Below are positions 44,361 through 53,994 of a stretch of 64,000 nucleotides of DNA, in pieces. The first letter of the stretch is position 1. Each line of letters opens with the position of its first letter. Both the position numbers and the translations under genes were made by a program. The notes under the pieces are model-generated. The model was not told the origin of the DNA and searched no databases. It was given only the letters and a program-made list of their open reading frames with translations. This stretch comes from an uncultured Chloroflexia bacterium (lineage in GTDB: Bacteria; Chloroflexota; Limnocylindria; QHBO01). Location: assembly GCA_963695195.1 (NCBI GenBank), contig CAVOGE010000007.1, positions 408,494-472,493 on the forward strand. Reading direction: 5' to 3'.

Positions 44361-45812
44361 CTAGGCGCTGTCGCTGCGCGCGGGGGCCGAGAGAAAGGCG
44401 TCCATCGCGCGGCGAATCTGGTGGTCGGGATCCATGTTCAGCCGCGCCGCGGCGATCTGTCGCCGGACGTCACTCGGGTCGGGCTCAGATTCGTCGTGGA
44501 TCTGCGGCGAGAACTCGAGGGCCGAGCCGTTGTGTGACGGGGCCGCCACCGCGATCGGCTCCCGATCGGCGAGGGCTGTAAGACGGACCGGCTCCACGGC
44601 GAATGTGGGCTCGGGCGGCAATGGCCTGGCAGGTCGCGGTGGTCGAGGGTTGCCGCTCACCTGGTTCTTGCCGAGTGACTTGGCCTGGTACATGGCTCGG
44701 TCGGCGGCGAGCATCAACTCCTCGGCGGTCGCTCCGTCCTCGGGGTAGGAGACGAGGCCGATGCTGGCGGAGGCCTCTGGCTCGCCATTGCGCGAGACGC
44801 CGATCGCCTCCACGCCCTCACGGATCTTCTCGGCCACCACGAAGGCGCCGATGAACTCTGTCTCGGGCAGCAGGACCAGGAACTCGTCCCCGCCGTAGCG
44901 GTAGGCCGAGTCGACCGTCCTGATCGAACTGCGGATCACGCGGGCCAGCCCCCGAAGCACCTCGTCGCCGCGCAGGTGGCCCATCGCGTCGTTGATCGCC
45001 TTCAGCCCGTCGAGATCGACCATCAGCAGGCAGAATCCACGACCGCTGCGGCGTGTTCGCTGGACCTCCTGCTCCAGGGTCGGGTGCAGCTGCCCACGGT
45101 TGAAGAGCCCGGTCATGGGATCCATCTGGGACAGCTCGAGGACGCGCTGGCGCATCCGCCGCTCGCCACTTGCATAGACCCCAGCCACGTAGGCGAGAAT
45201 CCACAGCGACCCAAGATTGATCCCGATGCGGAGCAGATCGGCGCCGACAAATGCGCCGCGCGCCGGGTCGAGCAGTAGCACGCCCAGGTACGCCAGGGAG
45301 GCGGCCGCGGCCACAAGGAGACCGGCCAGACTGCCCAGGGTCAGCGCGACGGCGACGGCGACCAGGTGGTAGCCGAATGCAAAGGGCGACGCGCCGTGTC
45401 CGGTCAGGAGCAGGAGCCCGCTGACGAAGGCGAGGCCACCCACGATCTCAACCAGGACCACCGGACGCGTTCGCCAGTGCGCCGGAACGAGTTCATGAAC
45501 AAGCAGGACCAGGGCGGCCGCGCCACCTCCGAGTCCGAAGATCGCGGCGCGGGTGTCCGGATACGCATTCGTCGTGCCGATCCCGACCAGGATGCCGGCA
45601 ATCGCGACCCACCACGCCACGCGAAGCATCCCGGCATAGCCCGGTTCGGCCACCTGCCTGTCGGCGGGCACAGCGTCGGCCGCCAACGGCACGGGCGCGC
45701 CACGTCGCCCACGCAGGACGGCCACGAGCGCGCCGATGCCGACAAGCGCGGCCGCCGCCGCAGAGACGCTGATGAAGATGATCTCGGGTTCCACGGTCCT
45801 CACATTGGGCAC
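44361..45812 (-). CDS. membrane-anchored diguanylate cyclase (GGDEF domain)
   Basis: About 6 N-terminal TM helices, then MDPMTGLFNRGQL...LLMVDLDGLKAINDAMGHLRGDEVL...RYGGDEFLVLL (GGDEF active site). Confidence 0.85.
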   Translation of the reverse strand: MPNVRTVEPEIIFISVSAAAAALVGIGALVAVLRGRRGAPVPLAADAVPADRQVAEPGYAGMLRVAWWVAIAGILVGIGTTNAYPDTRAAIFGLGGGAAALVLLVHELVPAHWRTRPVVLVEIVGGLAFVSGLLLLTGHGASPFAFGYHLVAVAVALTLGSLAGLLVAAAASLAYLGVLLLDPARGAFVGADLLRIGINLGSLWILAYVAGVYASGERRMRQRVLELSQMDPMTGLFNRGQLHPTLEQEVQRTRRSGRGFCLLMVDLDGLKAINDAMGHLRGDEVLRGLARVIRSSIRTVDSAYRYGGDEFLVLLPETEFIGAFVVAEKIREGVEAIGVSRNGEPEASASIGLVSYPEDGATAEELMLAADRAMYQAKSLGKNQVSGNPRPPRPARPLPPEPTFAVEPVRLTALADREPIAVAAPSHNGSALEFSPQIHDESEPDPSDVRRQIAAARLNMDPDHQIRRAMDAFLSAPARSDSA

Positions 45813-46015
45813 GACCAGCCGCCGGTGTGACGCAGGCGGACCTCAGCCCTCCCGCTCGCCAGTGTAGGGGTCGGGCGACGACATGCGCAAAGGTACTAAC
45901 CACACTCGAACAACCTTCTGGCGCATGGATGCACCACCTTGCTCGGAGGGCCGGAGCGTGCCGTTTGCTAGAATCAAGCCCCGCCAGCCTCCCCGACGTC
46001 CCATTTGCAGGTGCC

Positions 46016-47437
46016 ATGACGGACCGTCCGCGCTCCGCTGCGATCGGCGCTCTCCTCTCGTTCACCTTCCCCGGGCTCGGCCAGGCGTACGTCGGCCAAC
46101 GCCGAGCGGCGTTGCTCTTCGCCGGGCCGACTGCTTTGGTGGTCCTGGGCTCAATCCTCGCAGCGATCGTGCTCGGAGAGCAGTTCCTCAACCAGCTCCT
46201 CTCGGCACCAGTGCTCGTAGGCCTGCTGGTGGCGAACATGGCGCTCATGGCGTGGCGACTCGGCGCCATCGGCCATGTGGGCCTGCGTCGGGACCACAGC
46301 CACGGGACACGACGCGCGATGTCCGTCGTCCTGGTGGTCGCGCTGCTGGCCACCACGGTCGGCATGCACGCGTGGGCCGGGATGCTCATCGGGCAGCTGA
46401 ACGAATCGCTGGGCGAGGTCTTCCCCGGCGGGAACGGCCAGGCGGGTGTGCCGCCCGGCGGTGGCGGCCCGTTGAACCGGCCGACGTATCGGTGGGACGG
46501 AACCGACCGAATCACGTTCCTGCTGCTTGGCATCGACTCGGGTCTGGGGCGCGACGAGGCGCTCACCGACACGATCCTGGTGGTCAGCGTGGACCCGGTG
46601 GCCGGCTCGGCGATCATGGTGTCGGTTCCGCGTGACACCGGTTTCGTGCCGCTCCCGGATCGGTCCATCTACCTCGATGGGCTGTACCCCAACAAGATCA
46701 ACGGACTCTCGACCGAGGCGAGCGGCGCGCCCGAGGTCTGGTGCCCCGGCGAGGTGATCGCTCCCGGCCAATGCGGCCTGCGCACCCTCGAGCGGGCGAT
46801 CGGGCTCTACCTGGGGATCTCGATCCAGTACTACGCCACGGTGGACCTGCAGGGCTTCGCCGACCTGATCGACGCAGTGGGCGGGGTGACCCTGTGTCTG
46901 CCCGGTCCGATGATCGACCCGGAGTACGGCGGTCCAACCTGGACAGGCGTCGGGATCGAACTGCCAGGCGGCTGTGAGCATTACGACGGCGTTCACGCGC
47001 TCGCATATGCTCGTGTCCGGAAGGGATGGATCGAGCTCCCCGACGGCACGCGCGAGTACCAGAACGACTTCCTGCGATCGGAGCGACAGCAGAAGGTGCT
47101 CCTCGAGCTGCGCCGGGAATTGGCGAAAGCCGACCTGATCTTCGAGTTTCCGGCGATCGTGCGCGCCATCGGCAGCACCGTCGAGACCGACTTTCCCCGG
47201 TCGCTTGCGGGCGACCTCGCGAGCCTGCTGCCGCTCATCACCGGGCCCGACATCAAGCGCGTGGTGCTCGGTTACCCCGAGTACGTCGACCCGCCCCTGG
47301 AGCCACTGATCAACTACCTCCTGATCCCTCGCCGTGAAGACGTTCGGGCGGAGATGCAGCGGCTCTTCGGGCAGGAACTCGAGGGCTGGTACCTCGGCAG
47401 CGAAGCCGAAGGCCCGCCCGCCGGCGGCGCCGGCTAG
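46016..47437 (+). CDS. LCP (LytR-CpsA-Psr) family ligase, second paralog
   Basis: Shares the FPGLGQAY N-terminal motif and the LCP core (ITFLLLGIDSG...DTILVVSVD...SVPRDT...ARVRKG) with 41781..43154. Start at the internal Met at 46016. Confidence 0.8.
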   Translation: MTDRPRSAAIGALLSFTFPGLGQAYVGQRRAALLFAGPTALVVLGSILAAIVLGEQFLNQLLSAPVLVGLLVANMALMAWRLGAIGHVGLRRDHSHGTRRAMSVVLVVALLATTVGMHAWAGMLIGQLNESLGEVFPGGNGQAGVPPGGGGPLNRPTYRWDGTDRITFLLLGIDSGLGRDEALTDTILVVSVDPVAGSAIMVSVPRDTGFVPLPDRSIYLDGLYPNKINGLSTEASGAPEVWCPGEVIAPGQCGLRTLERAIGLYLGISIQYYATVDLQGFADLIDAVGGVTLCLPGPMIDPEYGGPTWTGVGIELPGGCEHYDGVHALAYARVRKGWIELPDGTREYQNDFLRSERQQKVLLELRRELAKADLIFEFPAIVRAIGSTVETDFPRSLAGDLASLLPLITGPDIKRVVLGYPEYVDPPLEPLINYLLIPRREDVRAEMQRLFGQELEGWYLGSEAEGPPAGGAG

Positions 47438-48532
47438 ATGCCCAGGTCAGGGCCGGGCGGCGAGGCCGCCACGGTGGGGCGCCCACGGCTGCTGCTGCTG
47501 GCTATGTACCGCCTCGACGACGCTGCGAGCGGTCCGACCGTGCGGATCTCGGCGATCCGTGACGCACTCGCGGAGCGGGTCGATCTCGACGTCGTCTCGG
47601 GGACGCGCGCGGATCGGGCGGGAGCCCTGCTGCGCTATGCCGCGCGCGGGCGGCCGCGGGGCCTGGCAGGCATCTATGTCGAGAGCTCAACGAGCCTGCC
47701 CGGGCCGATCGATCTGACCTTCATGGCCTGGGCACGGACCCGCCGGATACCGGTGCTGACCTACGTCCGCGACGCATACCAGCTCTTCCCGGAGTACTAC
47801 CCGACGACCTCGCTGAAGCGTCGCCTTGCCCGCGCCGCGTTCCGACCGGCGATGCGAGCGCTGCGGCGCGCGTCGACGACGCTGGCGTTTCCCTCGCGCG
47901 GCCTTGCCCGGGTGGTGCTCGGCGCTGGCCCCGAGGCGGAGCGGGCGGTTCTGCTCCCGCCCGGTGCCCGACTGCCGGCCGTCGATCCGGTCGATCCAGC
48001 CGCGCGCGGCGTCCTGTACGTCGGGAGCCTCGCCCACGAATCGAGCGGTGGCTCGGTCCTGCTGGAGGGCGTTCGGCTGGCGCGTGAGCGAGGACACGCG
48101 GTCGAGCTGATCTGCGTCGCGCCGCCCCATGATCGTCCCCCTGGACCGCACCCGGGGTGGCTCAGAATGGTGACGGCCCGCGGGCCCGAGATCATCGGAC
48201 TGCTTCCGGAGGTGCTGCTGACGGTGTCACCTCGGCCGGCGACGGCCTACAACGACCTGGCGGTGCCGATCAAGGTGATGGAGTACCTCGGCTATGCCCG
48301 GCCGGTCGTGGTGACTGATGCGACCGAAACGGCCGCGATCGTGCGCGCCGCGGAGTGCGGACTGGTCGTCCCGGACTCCGCCGCCGGCCTAGCCGATGGG
48401 ATCGGCGCGATCGCCGGAGCGACCGCTCAGCAGATCGAATCGTGGGGAGCGGCGGCCCGACTGGCCGCCACGAACAACTCGTGGGGGGCACGCGCGGAGA
48501 GCGTTCTGCGCGAGCTCGGCGTGGCGGGCTGA
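47438..48532 (+). CDS. glycosyltransferase (GT-B, GT4-like)
   Basis: Starts immediately after the LCP stop. C-terminal half has GT4-like topology (VLYVGSLAHESSGG...PIKVMEYLGYARPVVVTD). Confidence 0.6.
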   Translation: MPRSGPGGEAATVGRPRLLLLAMYRLDDAASGPTVRISAIRDALAERVDLDVVSGTRADRAGALLRYAARGRPRGLAGIYVESSTSLPGPIDLTFMAWARTRRIPVLTYVRDAYQLFPEYYPTTSLKRRLARAAFRPAMRALRRASTTLAFPSRGLARVVLGAGPEAERAVLLPPGARLPAVDPVDPAARGVLYVGSLAHESSGGSVLLEGVRLARERGHAVELICVAPPHDRPPGPHPGWLRMVTARGPEIIGLLPEVLLTVSPRPATAYNDLAVPIKVMEYLGYARPVVVTDATETAAIVRAAECGLVVPDSAAGLADGIGAIAGATAQQIESWGAAARLAATNNSWGARAESVLRELGVAG

Positions 48533-48537
48533 GCGCC

Positions 48538-50001
48538 TTGGTGGGGCATCCGCGGCGCCCGGCAGTCGCGGCACCGCTGACGATCGGTGCGGCCGTCGGA
48601 TTGGCGCTCCTGGTCATCGCAGGGTCGCAGGCCTCGACGGCGATCATGGCCGCCGCGGCCGTGGGGCTGGTCGTGGTGGCGTCGGCCGCGTCCCTTGCAT
48701 GGCCCCGAGCGGTCCTGATGGCTGTCGCGCTTTCGCCAATCCTGGATCGCTACCTGATCCCCGGGCCGTCGTCGCCAGGGGCAGAGATCCTGACCCACTT
48801 CCTGTCAGAGGCCCTGCTGGTCGGCGTCGGCGGCGTACTCATCGTGCAGGCATGGCGGAGGGGCACGCTGCGGACCGCGCTGGCCCATCCGACCATCGGG
48901 CTGGGGCTCGGATTCGTGCTCCTGTCGGTAGGGTCGGCCGTGTTGAACGCGGTGCCCGGCGAACAGGCCGTGGCCGGAATCGGCTTCACCATCGACGCGG
49001 TCGGCCTGTTCGTACTGGCGCGGATCGTTGGTTTCACACCGCTCCAGGCGAGGCATGCGATCGGGTGGCTGGTGGGCATCGCCCTTCTGGCGGCTGTTGT
49101 CACCACGGCGCAGGCAGTCCTCTCACCCCACCTGCTCGGCTTCTCCTCCCTTCAGGGCCGGTACGGCGAGGTCTACCGCCTTGCCGCCTTCTTCGGGGAT
49201 CCGAACACGCTGGCAGCGTTCCTGTCTGCCGCGATCCCGTTCACGCTCTTCGCCGCAACCGGTCTGGGAGCAGCACGCGGCCGCCGCCTAGCCCTGGCCG
49301 GCGCGACGCTGCTGGTCCTGGCGCTATGGCTGTCGTTCTCTCGAGGCGGGTGGCTGGGTGCAGTCGGCGGCTTCGCCCTTGCCTCGTTCCTGCTCGATCG
49401 CCACGCCCTGAGACTCGGGCTCGCCGTGGTGCTGGTCACGCTGGTGGCCGCCATGCTGATGCCCCGGGATCTGCTGTGCGATACCTGCGAGGAGCGCCCC
49501 GACCTGCTCGGCTCCACCTTCGGCCGCCTCGACACCGTTGGTGAGGGGCGTGACCTGCGCACGCTCTTCGCCCTCAACGCGCTTCCGATCATCGGCGACC
49601 ATCCCGTGCTCGGCGTGGGGCCCGGCAGATACGGGGGAGCGGCGGCGGACATCTTCGGGACGCCGGTCTATGCGGAGTACGAAACCGATGAGCTCTTCGT
49701 GAATCCCACCCAGCGCACCGTCGACGACTTCTGGCTGCACCTGGTGGTCGAGGGCGGCGTCGCTGGACTCGTCGTATTCGGCGGGATGATCGGAGCGACG
49801 CTGCGGCCGATGCTGCGCGTCGCCCGCACCGCGGCCGGCTCGCGACGCCTGTTGCTGGCCGGTAGCGTGGGAGCGATCGCGGCGCTCACCATCAACTCGC
49901 TGACCACCATGCTGCTCGAGGCGAACAGCATGGCGTTCCTCTTCTGGCTGCTCCTCGGGATCGGTTCGCTGCTCGCGGTGGTATCCGACCGGGAGGGCTA
50001 G
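48538..50001 (+). CDS. O-antigen ligase / Wzy-like family membrane protein, second copy
   Basis: Polytopic. WLSFSRGGWLG is the conserved Wzy_C-type motif. A TTG/GTG start lies just after the upstream stop. Confidence 0.65.
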   Translation: MVGHPRRPAVAAPLTIGAAVGLALLVIAGSQASTAIMAAAAVGLVVVASAASLAWPRAVLMAVALSPILDRYLIPGPSSPGAEILTHFLSEALLVGVGGVLIVQAWRRGTLRTALAHPTIGLGLGFVLLSVGSAVLNAVPGEQAVAGIGFTIDAVGLFVLARIVGFTPLQARHAIGWLVGIALLAAVVTTAQAVLSPHLLGFSSLQGRYGEVYRLAAFFGDPNTLAAFLSAAIPFTLFAATGLGAARGRRLALAGATLLVLALWLSFSRGGWLGAVGGFALASFLLDRHALRLGLAVVLVTLVAAMLMPRDLLCDTCEERPDLLGSTFGRLDTVGEGRDLRTLFALNALPIIGDHPVLGVGPGRYGGAAADIFGTPVYAEYETDELFVNPTQRTVDDFWLHLVVEGGVAGLVVFGGMIGATLRPMLRVARTAAGSRRLLLAGSVGAIAALTINSLTTMLLEANSMAFLFWLLLGIGSLLAVVSDREG

Positions 50002-50711
50002 AACTGCCGGCCGGTGATGATCTGCCCGAGCGTGCGGAAGATGAGTTGCAGGTCGAACCAGAAGGAGCGCCGGTCGATGTAGGCCAGGTCGAGCGCGACC
50101 CCTTCATCGAAGCTGACCTTCCCCCAGGCGGTCGCCTGCCACAGGCCGGTCAGCCCAGGGATGACCGACAGGCGGCGCAGATGGCGCTCCTCGTAGACCT
50201 CGACCTCGTACGGGATCGGCGGGCGGGGCCCGACCAGGCTCATCTCGCCGCGCACGATGTTGATCAGCTGGGGCAGTTCGTCGAGGTGCGATCGGCGCAG
50301 AAAGGCGCCCAGCCGCGTGACACGCGGGTCCGCCGCGATCGGAACCCAAACCGCCTCGGAGCGTCCAGGACCGGTCGGTTCCATCTCGGCGCCATCGCGG
50401 CGGATCAGGTCACGGACGTGCGCCTGGTGGCTCTGCTGATCCGCAGCAGAGAACATGCTCCGGAACTTGTAGACCGTGAACGGACGTCCACCCAGGCCCA
50501 GGCGCTGCTGGCGGAAGAGGATCGGGCCGCCCGACTCGATGATGATGGCCACCGCGACCGCGACCAGGACCGGCGAGACGAGCACCAGTCCAAGGGATGC
50601 GGCAACGACGTCCAGGGCGCGTTTCGCGGCCCGATAGCCGAGCGGCGTTGGCGCGACCGGCACCGACACCGATGCGTCCGGTCCCCCGCGCACGCGGGAC
50701 TCCGAGGCCAT
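49998..50711 (-). CDS. short-form bacterial sugar transferase (WcaJ/PglC-like polyprenyl-phosphate hexose-1-P transferase)
   Basis: Single N-terminal TM, then [11 protein letters not shown]...[21 protein letters not shown]...PGLTGLWQ. The 5' part of ORF 49998..51053 is junk. Confidence 0.85.
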   Translation of the reverse strand: MASESRVRGGPDASVSVPVAPTPLGYRAAKRALDVVAASLGLVLVSPVLVAVAVAIIIESGGPILFRQQRLGLGGRPFTVYKFRSMFSAADQQSHQAHVRDLIRRDGAEMEPTGPGRSEAVWVPIAADPRVTRLGAFLRRSHLDELPQLINIVRGEMSLVGPRPPIPYEVEVYEERHLRRLSVIPGLTGLWQATAWGKVSFDEGVALDLAYIDRRSFWFDLQLIFRTLGQIITGRQF

Positions 50712-50741
50712 CAGCGCGTGGACTCCTCCATCAATGCGTGG

Positions 50742-50818
50742 TGGTCGGGGCGGCCCGATTCGAACGGGCGACCTCCTGCTCCCAAAGCAGGCGCGCTGCC
50801 AGGCTGCGCCACGCCCCG
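50742..50818 (-). tRNA. tRNA-Pro (anticodon UGG)
   Basis: Reverse complement CGGGGCG-TG-GCGC-AGCCTGGCAGCGC-G-CCTGC-TTTGGGA-GCAGG-AGGTC-GCCCG-TTCGAAT-CGGGC-CGCCCCG-ACCA forms a complete cloverleaf. Confidence 0.85.
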
Positions 50819-51083
50819 CCGTTTCGCGCTCAGTATCGCCGGGTCGCACCGGTGAGCGGGCCGCAATGCTCGCACACCCGCTGCGCTGGCGCTGGATCAG
50901 CCGGCCAGAGGCCTGGGCGCCGGCCAGTTCCCGGTCCACCTGCACGCAGAAGTTGGCGATTGACGCCGGTGGGTGGGCCGCATACTGTCCGCACGTCGCG
51001 CGACTTGCACCGGCGCCGCCAACGGATCTGTTGGGGTGTTCCGCCGTCGCCACGATCGAGCGATGCGGAGGACAGTGTCGACC

Positions 51084-51560
51084 ATGCGCCTTACCCGGTT
51101 CCCGGCTCTCATCGCGGTTCCACTCCTCGCGCTCATGCTGGCAGCCTGCAGCGCCGGAAGCCCCTCGCCCTCAACGGACGATGGTGGCGGCGGCGGAGGC
51201 GGCGAGAGCACGCCGGCAGCCACGCCCGACAACGGTGGCGGGGGCGGCGGCGACGTCGAGCAGGTGGCCGAAGATCTCGTTCCCCCGAACTCTTCGCAGC
51301 TCAGCCAGACGAATTCCGAGGGTGTCATCTGGACCGTGTACGAGTCCACGGACTCACCCGAATCGCTGAAGAACTTCTACGAGAACGCGATTCCCCAAAC
51401 AGGAATGCAGGTCTTCAGCACCTCGACCGTGGAAGACACCTACTCGTGGGTCTTCGCCCAGGACGACGGTTCGTCGTTCGGCGGGTCGGTCACGGTTGGC
51501 CCGGCGTCGGATGGCGGCAGCGGCTCGTCGGTCATCGTGATCGTGAGTGACGGCGGCTGA
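51084..51560 (+). CDS. hypothetical Gly-rich lipoprotein
   Basis: Signal peptide and lipobox (LALMLAACSAG), poly-Gly linkers, and a small C-terminal domain. Confidence 0.45.
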   Translation: MRLTRFPALIAVPLLALMLAACSAGSPSPSTDDGGGGGGGESTPAATPDNGGGGGGDVEQVAEDLVPPNSSQLSQTNSEGVIWTVYESTDSPESLKNFYENAIPQTGMQVFSTSTVEDTYSWVFAQDDGSSFGGSVTVGPASDGGSGSSVIVIVSDGG

Positions 51561-51671
51561 TCGCACCTCGCTTCCCGTAGGGCGCTAACGCCCGGTGGTT
51601 CATCCGCCGGGCGTTAGGTATCGAGCTCGACCCCGTCGCGCCGGTCAACGCCTCCTGCGTTGCGGGCCCGG

Positions 51672-52832
51672 TCACTGCCGCGCCGCGAGTCGCTCCACGA
51701 TCTCCACGTAGCGGGCAGCCTGGGCGACCCAGTCATACGCGGCCGCCTGGCGTCGGGCTTCGCTGCCAAGTGCGGCCGCGGCGCGGGGATCGGCCGCCAG
51801 CCCCACGATGGCGGCGGCCAGCGCGCCGGGATCAGCGCCGGGCACGAACCGCATGGCGTCGTCCGTGAAATGAGCGCGGAAGGTGGCGAGATCGCTGGCG
51901 ATCACCGGCGTGCCCATGGCAGCCAGCTCGAGCAGCTTGGTTGAGAGGGAGTACTGCAGGTACGGCTCGGGGAGGGTCGGCACCAGGCCGACATCCGCGC
52001 CGGCGATCAGTGCCGGCAGGTCGTCCATCGCCACCGGTCCGTTGATTCTCACGCGGTCCGCAGTGCCGGTTCGCGCTACGGATCGCTCCAGCGCTTCGCG
52101 ATGCGGCCCGTCCCCATAGATGTCGAGGCGAAGTGGAAGGGCATCGCCGATGCGGGCGACCGCCTCCACCAGCACCTCACTGCCGTAGATCCGCTGCAGG
52201 CTCGAGTGGTGGATCAGCCGCAGCTCGCCATCCTCCATGAAGCCCCGGCGCGGGTGGCGCGACGGGTCGAAGAGGCGAGGATCGGCGCTATTCATGACCA
52301 CCGAGATCCTGTCCGGCGAAACGCCGCGCCTGATCGACAGCTGTCGCAGCGGCTCGTGCACGGTGATCAGCTCATCGGCAACCGCGGCCGAGGCGCGAGC
52401 GGCCAGGGCAACCAGCGGCAGCAATGCGCGTCGCGCTCCGCTCCCGAAGCGGTCGCGATAGAACTCGGGCATGTCCTCGTGGAGGTCGAGCAGCAGCGGC
52501 ACACCGCCGAGGCGCAACGGCGCCGCCGCAAAGGCAAGGACGTCCGGAACGGTCGCCACCTGCACCAGCCGATAGCGCCGCCGCCGGTGCTCGCGCGCCA
52601 GCCTGACCGCTGCGATCCCGCCAAAGGCCAGGTACTCGGCGAGATGGCCGGCCAGCCCGACGACGCCGCGCCGCACGGGGAGGCGGATCACGCGAACCGA
52701 TTCGATCAGCTCCTCGGCCTCCTCGCCGTCGGCGCGCAGGACGAACAGGTCGACCTCGTGACCGGCACGGACCAGCGCATCGGTCTGTCGACGCAGGCGC
52801 GGATCGCCGGGATAGACCGCGTGGGCGACCAT
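51672..52832 (-). CDS. glycosyltransferase family 4
   Basis: MVAHAVYPGDPRLRRQTDAL N-terminus and a C-terminal GT4 region. The start may instead be the TTG at 52847. Tightly coupled to mazG. Confidence 0.75.
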   Translation of the reverse strand: MVAHAVYPGDPRLRRQTDALVRAGHEVDLFVLRADGEEAEELIESVRVIRLPVRRGVVGLAGHLAEYLAFGGIAAVRLAREHRRRRYRLVQVATVPDVLAFAAAPLRLGGVPLLLDLHEDMPEFYRDRFGSGARRALLPLVALAARASAAVADELITVHEPLRQLSIRRGVSPDRISVVMNSADPRLFDPSRHPRRGFMEDGELRLIHHSSLQRIYGSEVLVEAVARIGDALPLRLDIYGDGPHREALERSVARTGTADRVRINGPVAMDDLPALIAGADVGLVPTLPEPYLQYSLSTKLLELAAMGTPVIASDLATFRAHFTDDAMRFVPGADPGALAAAIVGLAADPRAAAALGSEARRQAAAYDWVAQAARYVEIVERLAARQ

Positions 52833-52843
52833 CGCGAGGCGGC

Positions 52844-53983
52844 TCAACGTGACTTCACCTCGTTCCAGAGCTGGTCCTTCTCGTCGGAGTCGAGCTCGGC
52901 GAGCGCCAGGCCGCGCTCCGCGGCGAGCGCCTCGACGCGGGCGTAGCGCTCGACCCAGCGGTGGTTGGCCGCCCGAAGAGCCTCCTCCGGGTCGAGCTTC
53001 ATCCAACGCGCCAGATTGACCGCCGCGAAGATGACGTCACCGAATTCGTGCAGTCGCTCGTCGCGGCCCGCGTCGCCTTCGGTCGCCGCCGCCTGGTGCA
53101 GCTCGTCGAGCTCCTCCGCGACCTTCTCCCAGACGCCATCGATCGCGGGCCAGTCCCAGCCGAGCGAGGAGGCTCGCTCCTGGATCTCGCGACTGGCCGC
53201 CAGGGCGGGCAGGGCGCGGGCGACGCCGGCGAAGGCGGACGGCTCGTGGCCGGCATCGGTCCGCTCGGCGGCCTTGATCGACTCCCAGTTGCGCAGAACC
53301 TCCTCGGCGCCGCTCACCTCCACGTCCCCGAAGACGTGCGGGTGACGCCGGATGATCTTGGCGCCGAGGGTGCGATAGACATCGGTCAGGTCGAAGGTGC
53401 CGTCCTCCGCGGCGAGCTGCGCGTGCAGGATGATCTGCAGGAACAGGTCCCCAAGCTCCTCGATGAGCTCGGCCGGTCCCCCGTGCTCGATCGCGTCGAC
53501 CAGCTCATACGCCTCCTCGAGCACAAACGGGCGCAGGCTGGCGTGCGTCTGCTTTCGATCCCACGGACAGCCGTTCGGCGCGCGCAGACGCGCTGAGATG
53601 GCGGCCATGCCGTGCGGCGAGGCGAGGTTGTCGACCAGGGGCAGGGGCGGCACCAGCCAGTGACGGGCAGCCAACTCGGGGTCGGCGAGGGCATGAAGTG
53701 GCGAGGTCAACCCCTCCGGCAGGGCGCGCAGCACGTGTCCCGGCGGGTAGAGGGCGGCCAGCACCGCGAGAGCACTGGCCCGTGCATGGCGCCCTGGCAG
53801 AACGGAACCTCGGGCTTCATCCTGCTGCGGCGAGGCCGATGCGTCAGCGGCGAGCAGAACGAGCGGGATCGACGGATCGAAGGCGAGGGCGGACAGTCGA
53901 GCCACCGATACCACCTGGATCCCGTCGGCCGGGTCGAGCCCGGCCGCCGCAAGGAGCTCATCGACGCCGGTTGACGACGTCAC
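52844..53983 (-). CDS. mazG: nucleoside triphosphate pyrophosphohydrolase MazG (two-domain form)
   Basis: EEAYELVDAIE and a second LGDVIFAAVNLARW motif are MazG-type all-alpha NTP-PPase repeats. Confidence 0.8.
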   Translation of the reverse strand: MTSSTGVDELLAAAGLDPADGIQVVSVARLSALAFDPSIPLVLLAADASASPQQDEARGSVLPGRHARASALAVLAALYPPGHVLRALPEGLTSPLHALADPELAARHWLVPPLPLVDNLASPHGMAAISARLRAPNGCPWDRKQTHASLRPFVLEEAYELVDAIEHGGPAELIEELGDLFLQIILHAQLAAEDGTFDLTDVYRTLGAKIIRRHPHVFGDVEVSGAEEVLRNWESIKAAERTDAGHEPSAFAGVARALPALAASREIQERASSLGWDWPAIDGVWEKVAEELDELHQAAATEGDAGRDERLHEFGDVIFAAVNLARWMKLDPEEALRAANHRWVERYARVEALAAERGLALAELDSDEKDQLWNEVKSR

Positions 53984-53994
53984 GCTTCCCGACC

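Noticed and set aside
3775-50818. tRNA-Pro pair as attL/attR of an integrated element
   Set aside because: The two tRNAs are different isoacceptors with different sequences. No integrase or direct-repeat duplication of a tRNA 3' end was seen. The interval includes core metabolic genes.
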